The translations under genes were made by a program, and so were the position numbers. A stretch of DNA of 64,000 nucleotides from Yuukianura sp. NJ FZ-2021 (lineage: Eukaryota): positions 13,516,001-13,580,000 of the forward strand of contig CM102290.1 in assembly GCA_046563655.1 (NCBI GenBank). The letters run 5' to 3'. Below, piece after piece: positions 12,678 to 24,941 of the stretch (position 1 is its first letter; every line of letters starts with the position of its first letter). The notes below the pieces were generated by a model. It ran no database searches. It saw nothing but the letters and a program-made list of their open reading frames with translations, and was not told where the DNA came from.

Positions 12678-14640
12678 TATATTGAAGATTGATTTACACA
12701 AGACAAGAACTTGAAAGTGTCAACAATCACTCACTAAAAAAAGCAAGACTGACGATGGTTTAGGAAGACACAAAAGGATGATATTTAGGTGGAACTGACT
12801 TTGGAGCGTATTTGATGGAGCGCTTATTAGAGAGTGCTTGATGATCAAGAGGCAGAAGAGTTTAAAAAAGAGTTTTCCGCTTCCAAGAGTTGAACTTGTT
12901 TCAAAAATCACAGTTGCTTGGTGATTAATTGTAGCGAATAACTTGGGTCAGTTCCTCTCTTTACATATAATATTATATTAATATATAATATTAATTAAAC
13001 TGACTAGCAGCAGCGTTGTCTGTGATGTCTTGTACAAGTGTACTTATTAAGAGGCAGTAATTGAGAGGCTACGAAGGTGTCAAGGGTACTATAGATGTCA
13101 GTACACACTTTAAGGTTAGTAAAATTCCAGTATTCCTTATGTACTTAAGTAAGTTAAGTTAATGAACAAATGGTGAGTAAATTTGTAATTATTGAAGGAG
13201 AATTTTGAACTTAAGTTTAGTTTTGAACCTAATACGACTATTAACTTCGGTAATTATTACTGAAGAAGAGCATGACAGGAACCAATTGAGGCGGAGATGA
13301 GTTATACCGACAGTATTCGGTTACTTCTTCTGATTTCCTTATTTCCACTTTACTCCTAGTAAGTAGTGTCGCTTCCTTTCCCTTCATCATCTCATGCTAA
13401 ACATTATGTTTTAACGATTTAACAATCAGTTCAAATCTAGCCAAAATCCTTTAAGTCTCTCTCAAATCCTAATATTAGCAAACTACACTTGCTAAATTTA
13501 CTTTCTGCTTTAGGTTACTGCTGCTCCCCTGACAGAAACTGCTTAGCAAATTCTTGCTAACTGATAATACGTAACAGGAAATCCAGTATCCTTAAAATTC
13601 CGAATGAAAATTTAAGGCAGAAACTTTGGAGACGAGCAGAACTGTGAAGGAATCACCAGATTAGCAATAATCCATTATTTAGCTGCCCAGAACTTGTTTC
13701 CAATGGGGCAAAGTTATTCAGTTCTCCTGTAAAAATCAACTTTTCAGCCTGGATTGGAACGAATCCTGTAACTTTTTTCCTCTTCTTTTACAATCCGTAC
13801 AATCTTGAAATTCACTCAACCACTGAATAGCCGAACTGTGTCCAACACTGCCAAACTAAAGGTTGAGAAACAACAAAATTGAAGGAAATTGACGGTGTGA
13901 AAGTGTGCCGAAATGAAAGAGGAACGGGTATTGAGTGGACTGATTTCCTTCGTTCTAAACTTTCCTGATGAGACAGACTCCAGAACCAGAAGCCAGGACC
14001 AGCACTTCTGTTCGGAAATGTACGTCTGAAGAAGTATTGGCTGCTGGTGCTATTACGGTCGACTACTGGTAGCCTTACTATAAGATCCTGACTTTCCCAG
14101 CGCTCAATTGAGCACTACACTGCTGCTTTTCATTCGGCAACATTATAGGAACAACGATCATGGGCCTAGTCCACTATATACCAAAAACTTGATTTCGGTG
14201 TTATAGGAATGACGATCGTACGGCAGGAGCTGTTCTTGGTGTATACTAGTGGGTACAACCACTACCACTTTGGCGTAATACGAGAATGAGAATAGGGTGG
14301 GATATGCACAATCTACACAAAATCGATCAAAATGGAAGGCAGACACTAGCAGGAGAGCACAGAGTAGTAGTAGAGAGGCCTTTTCACCATTTTTACAGAA
14401 TAGTTTTTCACAGGTTCTGCGCCGACCCACCACACTCGCTGACCTTTGGTTCACCAACTCCAAAATGGTTAAAGTCCTTATCACGCCATGCCAGCAACAG
14501 CAAAACAACTCCTACAAGTAAAACCAGTCACTCAAAAACCTTCTGTTAACTATTACCAAATTGCACTTAATGTAAGTTAACTAAACACTACCATCAACTA
14601 ATACCCTCGTCAACAGCATCTCACTCTCCTTTTCTTCCTA

Positions 14641-15709
14641 CCGTATTTTCCCTAATAGTACACCATACCTAAATAGTACACCAGGTCCCTAATAGTACAC
14701 CACCCCCAGAAGTCGAAAAATTAATTAGTACACCGTCCCAAATAGTACACCAGGTCTCTAATAGTACACCAGGTCTTTGGTAATGTAGCATTTGGAGTAT
14801 AACACCCGGAGAAGTTAGTTGAGCTAATATTATAGCTCTTCATTTGTTGTGTTTATCTCCACGTTACTTCTCTAAAACTGTTCAACTAAAGTCGACTGGA
14901 AATGACAAGGCACACGCTACGCTTGTTCTAGCGGCCAAAGGTGACGGAACAAATCTGAAACCATTCATCGTTTTCAAACAGGGAATTCGAGAGGTAGCGA
15001 AGCTTCAAACCGAAACTGGGATCGTAATTCGTAGCAGTTCAAATGGTTGGATGAACGATAATCTGACCTGTGACTTGTTGAAAACTGTGTTCACACGATT
15101 TTCCTTCAAACATCGTTTGTTAGCTTGGGATTCTTACAAATGTCACTTCAGGAAATCTACTAAAAATGAACTCATTGGCTACAACACCACAATGACAGTG
15201 ATTCCCGGGGATGTACAAAGTATATTCAAGCTCCAGATTTGTGCTGGAATAAACCCTTCAAGGCTTGTATTACCGAACTTTACGATTCTTGGCTAGCAGG
15301 AGATTCCGACAAGGAGTATACAAAAGAAGGAGGGAATTTGAAGGTATTTCATAACTAATAATTTGTACTGTCGTAGGTTTCTTTTAAATATAATTTATAT
15401 AAATTCTTAATTATTAATGCTCCATCCAAGAAATTGATGACTAAATGGGTGAAGATTGCCTGGGATTCATTGTCAACTGAACTAATCAAAAACTCTGAAA
15501 GCTTCCGAAAACGAAGTGGAGTAGTTTTTAGTAATTTAGAAATTATTTTCTCCTGATTCCTAAACGTTTTAGTTAAGAATAAAATCCTCATTCTTAAAAA
15601 ATTAATTAGTACACCGTCTCTAATAATACACCAGGTCCCTAATAGTACACCACCCCCAGAAGTCGAAAACAAAATTAGTACACCAGGTGTACTATTTGGG
15701 AAAATACGG
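14641..15709 (+). mobile_element. Internally deleted pogo/Tigger-like DNA transposon with DDE_1 transposase remnant
   Basis: 24-bp TIRs (CCGTATTTTCCC[T/A]AATAGTACACC, 23/24 match), TA flanks and repeated subterminal AATAGTACACC motifs. ORF 14844-15296 has TLVLAAKGDG..LKPFIVFK, SSNGWM, LLAWDSYKCH and VIPG, followed by a frameshift. Confidence 0.9.
14844..15500 (+). pseudogene. Truncated, frameshifted pogo-family transposase
   Basis: Only the catalytic DDE_1 segment is present. The frame shifts after VIPG, and IQAPDLCWNKPFK continues in another frame. Confidence 0.85.
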
Positions 15710-16278
15710 TATTTCCAACAAAAATTATGCGAAAGCAGTATTCTTCCGAGAGACCAAAAGAGATCGTGGCATGATCAGACGTTGATCAGGTTGCTGACCC
15801 GTAAAATTAGATGCCCTAGTCAGGACGGACTAGTTGAAGTGGAAAAGCACTGACTGATTGTGTCTGTCTGTCCAAAGATACAAATCGAGTCGAGATGGTC
15901 CTCCCTGCTCTCCAAACGTCATTCTTAGATGAACTCCTAGTGAACAAGAGGAATAATATAAACAAACAATCCACTAATTAGACACTAATATTTAGCGTAT
16001 GGAGTTGATAGGTTGGTACTTGAACATGGACGGAGCAGAGTAACATTTCAATTTCCAGGTCTGTGTGGCAACATGTATTGCCGCTATACGGCAGTTTTTA
16101 TGTTAACGATAGCCAAACCTAAAGTGGCTACATCAGTTGCCACCCATGGCAGCCAGAAACACCGTGGCTACTGGCTATACTGTATGGCTACAATCACGTT
16201 TGTAAAGCCGGAAAGAAATTCAGAAATTCTTTGGTCCAATCCGTCCGTTAAGCATGCAATTCCAACGATACTACTCAC

Positions 16279-16396
16279 CTACACGATATTGACGATATCT
16301 TCTATATGAAATGACCGTATCTGTAACGGCTGAGATAAATTCGTATCCGAAACGTAGGACGTCGTACTCGAATGATCCAGACAAAAACATTGACAT
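16279..16396 (-). CDS. Pka-C1: Putative alternative first coding exon of PKA-C
   Basis: ATG-initiated open frame MSMFLSGSFEYDVLRFGYEFISAVTDTVISYRRYRQYRV ending in a consensus donor AG|GTGAGT in phase 1. A TATAAA lies at 16568-16563. Confidence 0.55.
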
Positions 16397-19300
16397 GCTT
16401 GAACTCTGTGTTGAAGCCGTTACATGCCGTCGTCGAGGTCAGGGTTGCTTGCTAATGAATTCGAGTCGTAGTAAAGTTCTAAATTCCGCGAAAACGTTGA
16501 CTTTGACGTGATGGTGGCCATTGTGAATGGCAAATAGTTTCACTAACTTACTAACTCCGCAGTTTATAAAGCTCTTTGTTTAAAACTGTTATCAGGTAAA
16601 GAATCCAAGTTAACTACAGTGCTAAATTACATTTTACAAAAAAAAATTATCCAGCAGGTTTACACACACAGGAATTATCCGTAAATCTAAATGGGAAATG
16701 GCAAGTCCGGTTTCGCCGGCATGGCGTCTTATGAAGAAAACGTTTTTGCAATTAAGATTATGACGAAACTACAAAACCAAAACATAGGATTTCCTGTTTG
16801 CTGTTTTCTAGTTTTTGTTGTTCTATAACATGTAAATTAAATTATGTAATCCAGTTTTTGACGCAAATCAAAATGAATTTCACATCATCATCACATCTGT
16901 TGTTTTAAAACTAACCAGAATTGCAGTACTTAACAAGTACACGTAGAAAGTATGATTGTGCGTATTCAGCTTAATTCAATTTGTTCACATTTCTTCTACA
17001 GCAATATTTTGCCTTTGCAGTAAAGAAAGAAAAAAACGGCAAAAGGAACGTTCTTTACGACACACTTTTAACGGCATATCCCGTCTGAGAAATCGTTTTG
17101 TCTCTAGTGTCACCTTTGCTAAGTGCAAATCATTTTAGTTTTGCAAATTCGCAAATGCCAAATGAAATTAAATTAATTTTGTTAATCCAAATTAGAAACT
17201 ACCGCCGTTCTAGAAATTCGAAATTAAATAATACGCTGAGAAAAATTGTCATTAATTCTAAGAACAATATTATCCACATATTTTTTTTTACTCCGAACTT
17301 TCACCAAATTACCACATTTTTATTTTCCGTGAAAAAGCGGATGGTGAAAGTGTGCCATTTTTATATGTAATTTCAGCAACTTTTTCGTTCGTTTCTTATT
17401 TATGTCTGGACTTGTTCTGATTGCCATTTCGTTTGCTATTAAAAAACTCAAATCGTTTTCACTACTTTCTCTCTACACACGTGGAGCTTCTCTTTGGAAC
17501 AAAGGGAGAAAAGAATAGAATTGATTCATGCTAGACATCACTTTCTCCGTTCTCAGAAATTGAAACAATTTGATCAAGACGTGTTCTCTACAAGTCTCCT
17601 CTGCTGCCTCCCGTTAAGACAGAACGTACAACGGCAGTCTCCGCTTCAGCAGCATCCCACCACCACCTTTGATGATCTCCTGAGCAGATTCGGAACAAGA
17701 AGATGCGGAAACCGCCAAGGCACGTGGAGATGCATGTCCGCCGAGTAATACGTGAAGACAAGTGAGGAACCGAAGTTTTAAAGTAGATGTCCATCACTTT
17801 TGGCACAAGAGCCTGGGAAAGGCAACTTCTTGCCAAACTTCGGCGCACGGTTTTCACGGTGCTTCTACAATCTCAAGGTTTGGTCATGGTCCTGTTTCCA
17901 AACTCCGGAAAAGTTCAATCTAACTCTTGAAATTGTAAAAGTTGTTCTAGAAATGTACAATTTTACTTTTCACTAACTACCCGAGATGCTACGGTGGTAG
18001 TAAAAAGTTGGACTTGGAATATTGACCAGGAAAAACAAGGTTGTTTAAATAGAAATTTTGTTTAGATTTTCTTAACACGTTGCACCATAATTCCTTTTTT
18101 TTTTTGAACCACTCATCTGACGCGGCTCCGTTGCGTTAGGAATTCAACATTGAGCAATGTGAAAATTAAAAAATTTCAAAGGATTATTGTGAAAATCAAC
18201 AAAATTGGTACGAAAGTTGTCTTTTCGTGTTTTTAAAAAAATCGGAGTTATGGCATAACCTGTTAGCGCATTTGGGCGCTATAGCAACCTTGGGGGAAAA
18301 AGCAATTTCAGGTCTCATCTTGCCCCTATTCTTCATTCTCCTACTTCGCTTTGGAATGTTGGTTCCGCAGAAAAGCGACTAAAGTCAAACTGTGTAAAAC
18401 AAAAGTTCCAAATATTTGATTTGTTGTGAACGGCTGGAGGCGGAGTTTAGGAAAAGTGCTTTCTCCTGGGCACAGAAGATAAGGGGAAAGCCACCGAAAG
18501 TTTCCTGGAATACGGCGCTGTCTGTTCAAAATGTAATGGAACACGAGTTATATGGAATGAATCTGAAGTTGAAGTGGACTCCCTCTCTACTCAAAGATCA
18601 ATAGAACTTGTCATTTTAATAAACAACAAATACAAACAAATGGGACCGTTTAAAACTTATTTTTGGCAACAAGAATAGCACTTGAAAGGAAACTCCGTCA
18701 CCCGTAGCCACCGTCAACAACTTCCCTCCGCAGCTATCAAACAAGCCTAAAACTAAAAATAACTTTAAAGGCGGGGCACACCAACATATAGGACACCGAC
18801 AACTTTCAAGCCGCTCAAAAACGGGAACCAAGGTTCGTAAACAAAAAACAACACCAGGTTGTCCAATAACTGGAAGTTTTAAAATTTGTTGAAAAAAAAA
18901 GAAATCTGCCTTTCTATGGTAATTTTTTGCATGTAATGTAACTGGGATTGGAGCAGAACTGGTGCAGAAATTTGTTTGAAGTAAGATTTTTTTTAGAAAC
19001 CTTGAGGTATTGCACAACCTGTTGTAAGAAATAGTTACGTTTTCTGTCACTAATTTTTTTGCATAATTTAAATCCAAGTTCGATTTGAATTTGAAATGTC
19101 CGTGATGGAAATTGGGTCAAGTTTTAACTATGAATTGGATGAGCTGAAATTCGTTTGAAACTGACACCGACCAAAGGTTTTGTTGGCAACATGTCAAGCT
19201 GTTCTTGTATAATTGAAACTCCGCGCCGCCGATCCTTTCGTTCCTGTCGTAAGTCCTGAAGTTTGTCTAATGGGAATCTGGTCTACTTTCATGAAAATCT

Positions 19301-19742
19301 AATTTCTCCTTCATCTTTACCTTCGTGAAGGACGTTGACGTAATTTGTCTCTTGGACAACATCAGGGAACCCAGTTTAGCATAGTTTGAAATCACCATTT
19401 TTTAGCCATTGGATACTGCCGGTACATTACAACTTCAAATCCCTTTGTTCTCCCCTGTTCTTCTGCTGCAAGAGAAAGCATCGGTGTACTGGCCGTACAC
19501 AAACTACGCTTCACCGTAAGCGTAACGCTGTGGCCAGTGTTGCTGGATATCCACATTTTTAACATTTCGTTTAGGTGATATCTACTGGATAAATGGATAA
19601 ATCCGGATAAAATCCAGTTTCCTATGGACGAAATTGAATTTCATCCGGAAGAAACCAATAAAATATGGATATATCCACCACTTTCCAGGATAGTGGAAGA
19701 AATATTTTGTCCATCCAGCAACACTGACTGGGCGAAGTTAGA

Positions 19743-19850
19743 CTGGACCATTGGAAATTATACTGGACAGGAATGTGCTGGACATTTGGAAATTATTCTA
19801 CACAGACGATGTGCTGGACAATTGAAAATCGTACTGGACAGGAAAGTACT
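19743..19850 (+). repeat. Degenerate 35-36-bp tandem repeat x3
   Basis: CTGGAC..TTGGAAATTAT.CTGGACAGGAATGTG units. Confidence 0.7.
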
Positions 19851-21029
19851 GGCAGTATGTGCTGGAGTGTCCAAGGCTAAAAGTCTATCAGCGTCTCTTT
19901 AAGCACTTGACACCAGAGGCGAAAAAGCCCTTATCTAGCACTTGATTCTGGATTCCCTCAAGAGGCCACTTCCAGTCTTGGGAAATAATGGGAAAAATTC
20001 TATGTTAAACCAGGACACGTCCAATTGCCTCAAATTTGAGTCAAACTTTGATAGTAAACCACATCGATTTAAAAACTTTTACTTTGGCAATTTTTTCAAA
20101 AAAATATACCGTATTTGTTCAAATATAACATCCAAAATCAAGTCAATCCTAAAATTGCATAGCGTTAACTACTTGTTTTGGTTCAACTATTCCAAGAAGC
20201 ACGAGGCAATAGACCTTGACCTTTGTTTGACCTCTCTGGACATCCAGAGAACAAAAATGATTGAGGTTTCAACAACTTGTGTAGTACAAGTGCCATGAAA
20301 GATGTTACATAAAATTAATGAAGCAAAAAACATTCAATCTCGACTTAGAATTTTGATATTACTTTTCACTTCTAAGATACTTTTAACATTACTGTTTTGA
20401 GAAGGCCGCTATTCCACGGAATTGTCAGATTTGGTTTCTGCTGTGCTGGTACAACTTAAGAGTTAAGCGTTATGGAATACAAAGGAATTGCAAAAACGGA
20501 ATCCCAGATCATGCACCAAATTGTTCGAATTCCATTGAATGTTCAATTCAATTAAGCTGATTTGGAGTAATGGTCACTGGCACACTTTCTACAAAAAAGT
20601 TGTCGTCATGCTCTCAAAGTCATAGGAGAAAAGCAACGGAACGCCAAGTGGAAACCATATTTAAAGTTTCCCAGAAAGATTTTTAGTTTGGAAAAGTTCA
20701 ACTTTTTTCCTCCCTCGTCGTCAGCCATGTCCCGACACAAGAAAAGAAAGTAAGGAGAAAGTTAATAACTCATATTTGAAAAAGTTTGTAACGTTGGTTA
20801 GAAAAGAGCAACTTTGCAACTTTCCTCTTATCAAAATTTTGCAAGAGATCGTTTCCATGCTCCTCCAAAAATAAAAAATCGTGACAGGAACTGTGTCTTT
20901 TTGGCCTCATCTTCCCATGCTGGATTTAGTACAAAGAAAAAGAACAGGATTTAGACAATCCCCAGCCGTCTGCTTCCAGAAGTCTCAAAAAGACCGTCAT
21001 TTACAATTACAACGGTTTCCAAATTAATA

Positions 21030-21198
21030 CTACCGTCAATTCCCAAATAGTGCTTCTGTTCCAAATAACGCCCCGTCTTCCTACCACGAGTACACAATGC
21101 TAGTACCCTCTGTGGGTACCCACTAATATTGCCCAGGGTACCCAACTATTCGTTAACCCTCAAAGGTACTCAGGGGTACTATTTGGAAATATACGGTA
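21030..21198. mobile_element. Short pogo-type MITE with TACCGT...ACGGTA ends (similar short elements at about 148-262, 24324-24458, 61540-61636)
   Basis: Ends resemble the TIR of the 14641-15709 element (TACCGT...CCCAAATAGT / ACTATTTGG...TACGGTA). Confidence 0.6.
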
Positions 21199-22974
21199 TC
21201 GTTTTTTTGAAATTCTAAAGAGCAGAACTCTAAAGTTTCTACAGCATGAAAGCATAACTCTGCTTATCTTAAATTTTAGCCAAACACAATTTAATAAAAA
21301 CTTTCTATGCAGTTTCTGGCTTCAAAAAGTTTTTTTTTTGTAAACTTTTGAACGTGAAATGAAATCGTCCAAAACAGAAACGGAACGGGACTTCCAAGGT
21401 CATCTAGAAACCAAGGTCGAGTGAATTCAAACAAAGTGAACTTCATGTGCCAACTTTTTCACATTGTACTCCTGGGTATTACCCAGGCTCAAAGGTGGGG
21501 ATTTTGGGGTTACTGTTTTTGTGGTTTTTTTTTTATGTAAAATCTTATTCTGAAGAACCTTATCAATTAAGCATTTGAGTCTTACAACATTTTAAGCTAT
21601 GCACAACGTACATGTCTCAAAACTTTCTTCAAAAAAAGTCAAAATGACTTTTTTCTTCACAAAAAGTCACATAAATCAAGTTAACGGCAAAAGTTGTAAG
21701 AAGTTATAAGTTGTGATTTTTGCTTAATGCATCCCTGCAAAACTTTTTTTGTTCAAAAGGAATTTCGATCAATACGTAAAATATATACCACATGAATTTT
21801 TTTTCTTCAAAACATAAATGTACCATTTAAACTTTAGTCTCGAAGCCACAGATTGAGCAATCTCAATTGTTGAGCAATTGGACTCAAAGAGTAAGCATTT
21901 GCCACATAACCTTTGACCTCTAAAATTGTTTTGGCTAAACGCAAGATGTAGATGTGTTTTTTAGTGTGAGGAGACCGGAGTCGGTTAGTGTTGGACAGGC
22001 GGGTAGTTTAAAGTGGAGTGATGCTGGAGACTGGAGTTTGTCAACAGAGATCCTTTGAACTCTGCTGCGTCTTGTGTAGCTCGAATTCTGGAGAGATTGG
22101 AACTGAATTGAAAATCAAGGCTTGTCACCAGCAGCCTCTGCTTTCACAAACCCTATTCACTTTCCTCCGTCATCATCAGAGGGAGTCTATAAATCATAAA
22201 TTGAGTTCTATGGATCAAAATACACAGAGTAGTAGCAGTGCCACGTGCCATAGGCAGCATAGTTCCACTCCCACCGGAACGGAGTTAACCTTAACCTTGA
22301 AACGCCTGTGGCCGCAAGTTCATTTTGGATTTAAGAAGAATTCGGCTAACGGCGAAGTAAAACTTTTTAAATTTTGTAAGCAAATGGTATAAATTATGCT
22401 GTTTTAAAATTTTTTAACTTCGTTCATAAGTGGATTTTCCCAAGTACAAAAGTGATAACATATCGTAATTGAGATTTTGAATGTCACGAGAGTGTAACGA
22501 ATGTTATTTGCGTTTCTATTTCTGTGATTTTTGTTCGTATTCACACGGACTTCCGTGTCGTCGGCTGCGTTTTGTCAAACATGTACTGAAACCGGCGCTT
22601 CCGTACTCTCTTTATCATTATGACTTCAATATTGCCAATTACGAACTGAACTTACTTTTAACTTGACATTTACAAAAAAAAAACGGTTAGATTTTGGTAG
22701 ATTTTTGAAAATAATTTTTGAAATACTTAACGTAACTAAACGTATTGATTCTAAGAACCTCTGGGCTTAAATCAATCATTACTGAAATGAGTAATGAGTG
22801 CAGGATTTTCCATTCTGTCTAATCTTCTCTCAACAATAAGATTTTCCTGGAAAGTATTAATCCTGAAGTGCCTAATTGTGACTTAATTAAACAAGTTATG
22901 ACTTAGTAATTGCTCCACAACCTACACCATTTCCTTCGTAAGGTGTGGCTTAATTGGGAAAACTTTGTCTTCCC

Positions 22975-23235
22975 CAAGGTTTCTTGACAACGGAAAGGGA
23001 ATTTTGTTTAACAGGTTGGGTACTCCGTCGCTTGTTCACAAAAAGAAAATGAAAAACAAAAAAAATAATACCAATCCAAAAACTTGGTATTAATTCGTAT
23101 GCAATTTTAAAAAAGTTCGGCTGTATCGTTATGACTACGATGCCATGAAATGAAAATACACTTTTTCTTGTAAAATCGTGAAAAACATGAGGTATTACCC
23201 AACCTGTCAAAGAAAATCAAAATCAACAAACCTTG
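22975..23235. mobile_element. hAT-type MITE, CAAGG family B (copies at about 5790-6051, 26774-27028, 33095-33327, partial at 31498)
   Basis: Termini CAAGGTT...AACCTTG with an exact 8-bp TSD GTCTTCCC. Internal AACAGGTTGGGTA/TACCCAACCTGT inverted motifs are shared among copies. Confidence 0.85.
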
Positions 23236-24772
23236 GTCTTCCCAATTTTGGATCTGACAAAAAAAGAAGTGAAACTAGAGAAAGTTGGGGCATGGAGAAA
23301 AAAAACCGGCGGAGAGGCCTTCCTCAAACGCTTTCTCCCGCTCAAATTTCCGGGAAAGTTCAAATCCGTCAGCACAAAGAACCACTACGCAACTGAGAGC
23401 TTTCCCTTTGACTCTGGAATAGAAAAGTCTTAAAGCCGATCCGACTCTTCCACTTGACTTTTTAATTGATTTTTATAGACATACTATGAAAAATGGATAT
23501 GGAAGGGAACGAGGCTATAGAAAAAGTACGACCGTAACAAACTTTTTTGGCTGATTTGCAATGTGGATTTTTCTAAAAGTTGAGTAAAGTTTTAAACGTT
23601 TAATTACTACGTTTTTAATAATTACCGGTGTAGACTAACTTTTTGGAACTGGATTAATAAATTATGGCATCACACTACAGCTTTTCACAAAAACAAAACT
23701 TTCTCCAGTCTACTCACTTAGTCTTAGTAACGCTGTATTTGCGTGTCAACGAGCTATTAATGATTAGTTCAAACCAAAAACGAAAAGGCGAGTGCTATCC
23801 AACAGTTTCAACATCTACACAAAGTTGTCTCTGATTTCACATTCACTTTCGTTGCTTATTTTGAACATTGAACAAAAGAAATGAGCATCTCATGTGTTAA
23901 AATTTTTAGAAAAAAAAACTTTAAAAAAAATAAATTTAAAGAAAAATAGAAAAATTCATTTGAACATGAAAACTTCATTTCAAATATTCATCTTTGGGTG
24001 AGATTGGCGTTGACAAAACTTGAATTAAAATTTAAAAAAAAAGATAAAAAACGTGCTTTTCTTTTTAAACAAAGACGCGCATGACTCATGGTCTGGATTT
24101 TTTATAATTGAAAAAGCTACAAAATTACGAAAACTTTAGCCCTGTTTAGTGTAGTGTGGTGGTTGAGCCATCACTTCTTATTATATCAGTTTCATAATTC
24201 TTAAAATACCTACACAAACTGTGTGTCTCCACTCATTTTCCACTTCGGAACGGATTGTATTCGGTGTTTATTATCCCGGAGTCAAAGCCGTTTACACGTG
24301 GGATACGAAATACAATAGGATAATACCGTAAATTTTCAAATAGAATCTGTTTGTTTCAAATAACGCGCTGTATCCCAGATACTAATACATATGTACCCTT
24401 ATTCTGAAAGTCGACGTAAGAATTTGTACAAGGAGGTACTATTTGGGGTTCTACGGTAACCGAAACCAAACTAATCATCATCATTTTGAGTACTCGCGTT
24501 CAATCTTTAGTTAAATTCAGCACTTGACACTTAAGTCAAACCACCACTTAAGTAATTAGTAAAACTTTTCACAGTTGTGAACTTAACTCCGGAAATTTGG
24601 AAAACCAAAGAAGTCAACATGTATAAAATTCAGAACAAAATTTGGAGCTAGTGACACAAATTAAGTTCAAAATTTCACCCCATTTTAAAGAGTTTTTGGA
24701 TAGCATTTGGCAAGTTTGAAACTAAAATTTCGTCTTCCATGTGAATCTAAAAGGAGAAAATAGTTTCCTTAC

Positions 24773-24941
24773 TGAACATGCCGTACGTCGATTTTCCAAA
24801 ATCTTCACTGCCGGAACCTGTTTGTTCTCCTGCCATTTGGCTATTACCAGCAGCACCAGAGATGCTACCGCTTGAACTGGTAGAAGTTGACCTCTGACCT
24901 TTGGCCAGTTGCTCAATGGCTGCCAACTCTCCACCACTCAT
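24773..24941 (-). CDS. Pka-C1: Putative alternative first coding exon of PKA-C (Ser/Gly-rich)
   Basis: Open frame MSGGELAAIEQLAKGQRSTSTSSSGSISGAAGNSQMAGEQTGSGSEDFGKSTYGMF ending A|GTAAGG, phase 1. It is GC-richer than its flanks. Confidence 0.6.

Noticed and set aside
19321..19397. ATG-initiated exon MVISNYAKLGSLMLSKRQITSTSFTK with donor AAG|GTAAAG as another PKA-C first exon
   Set aside because: Phase 0 is incompatible with exon 2. It would need exon skipping and has no other support.
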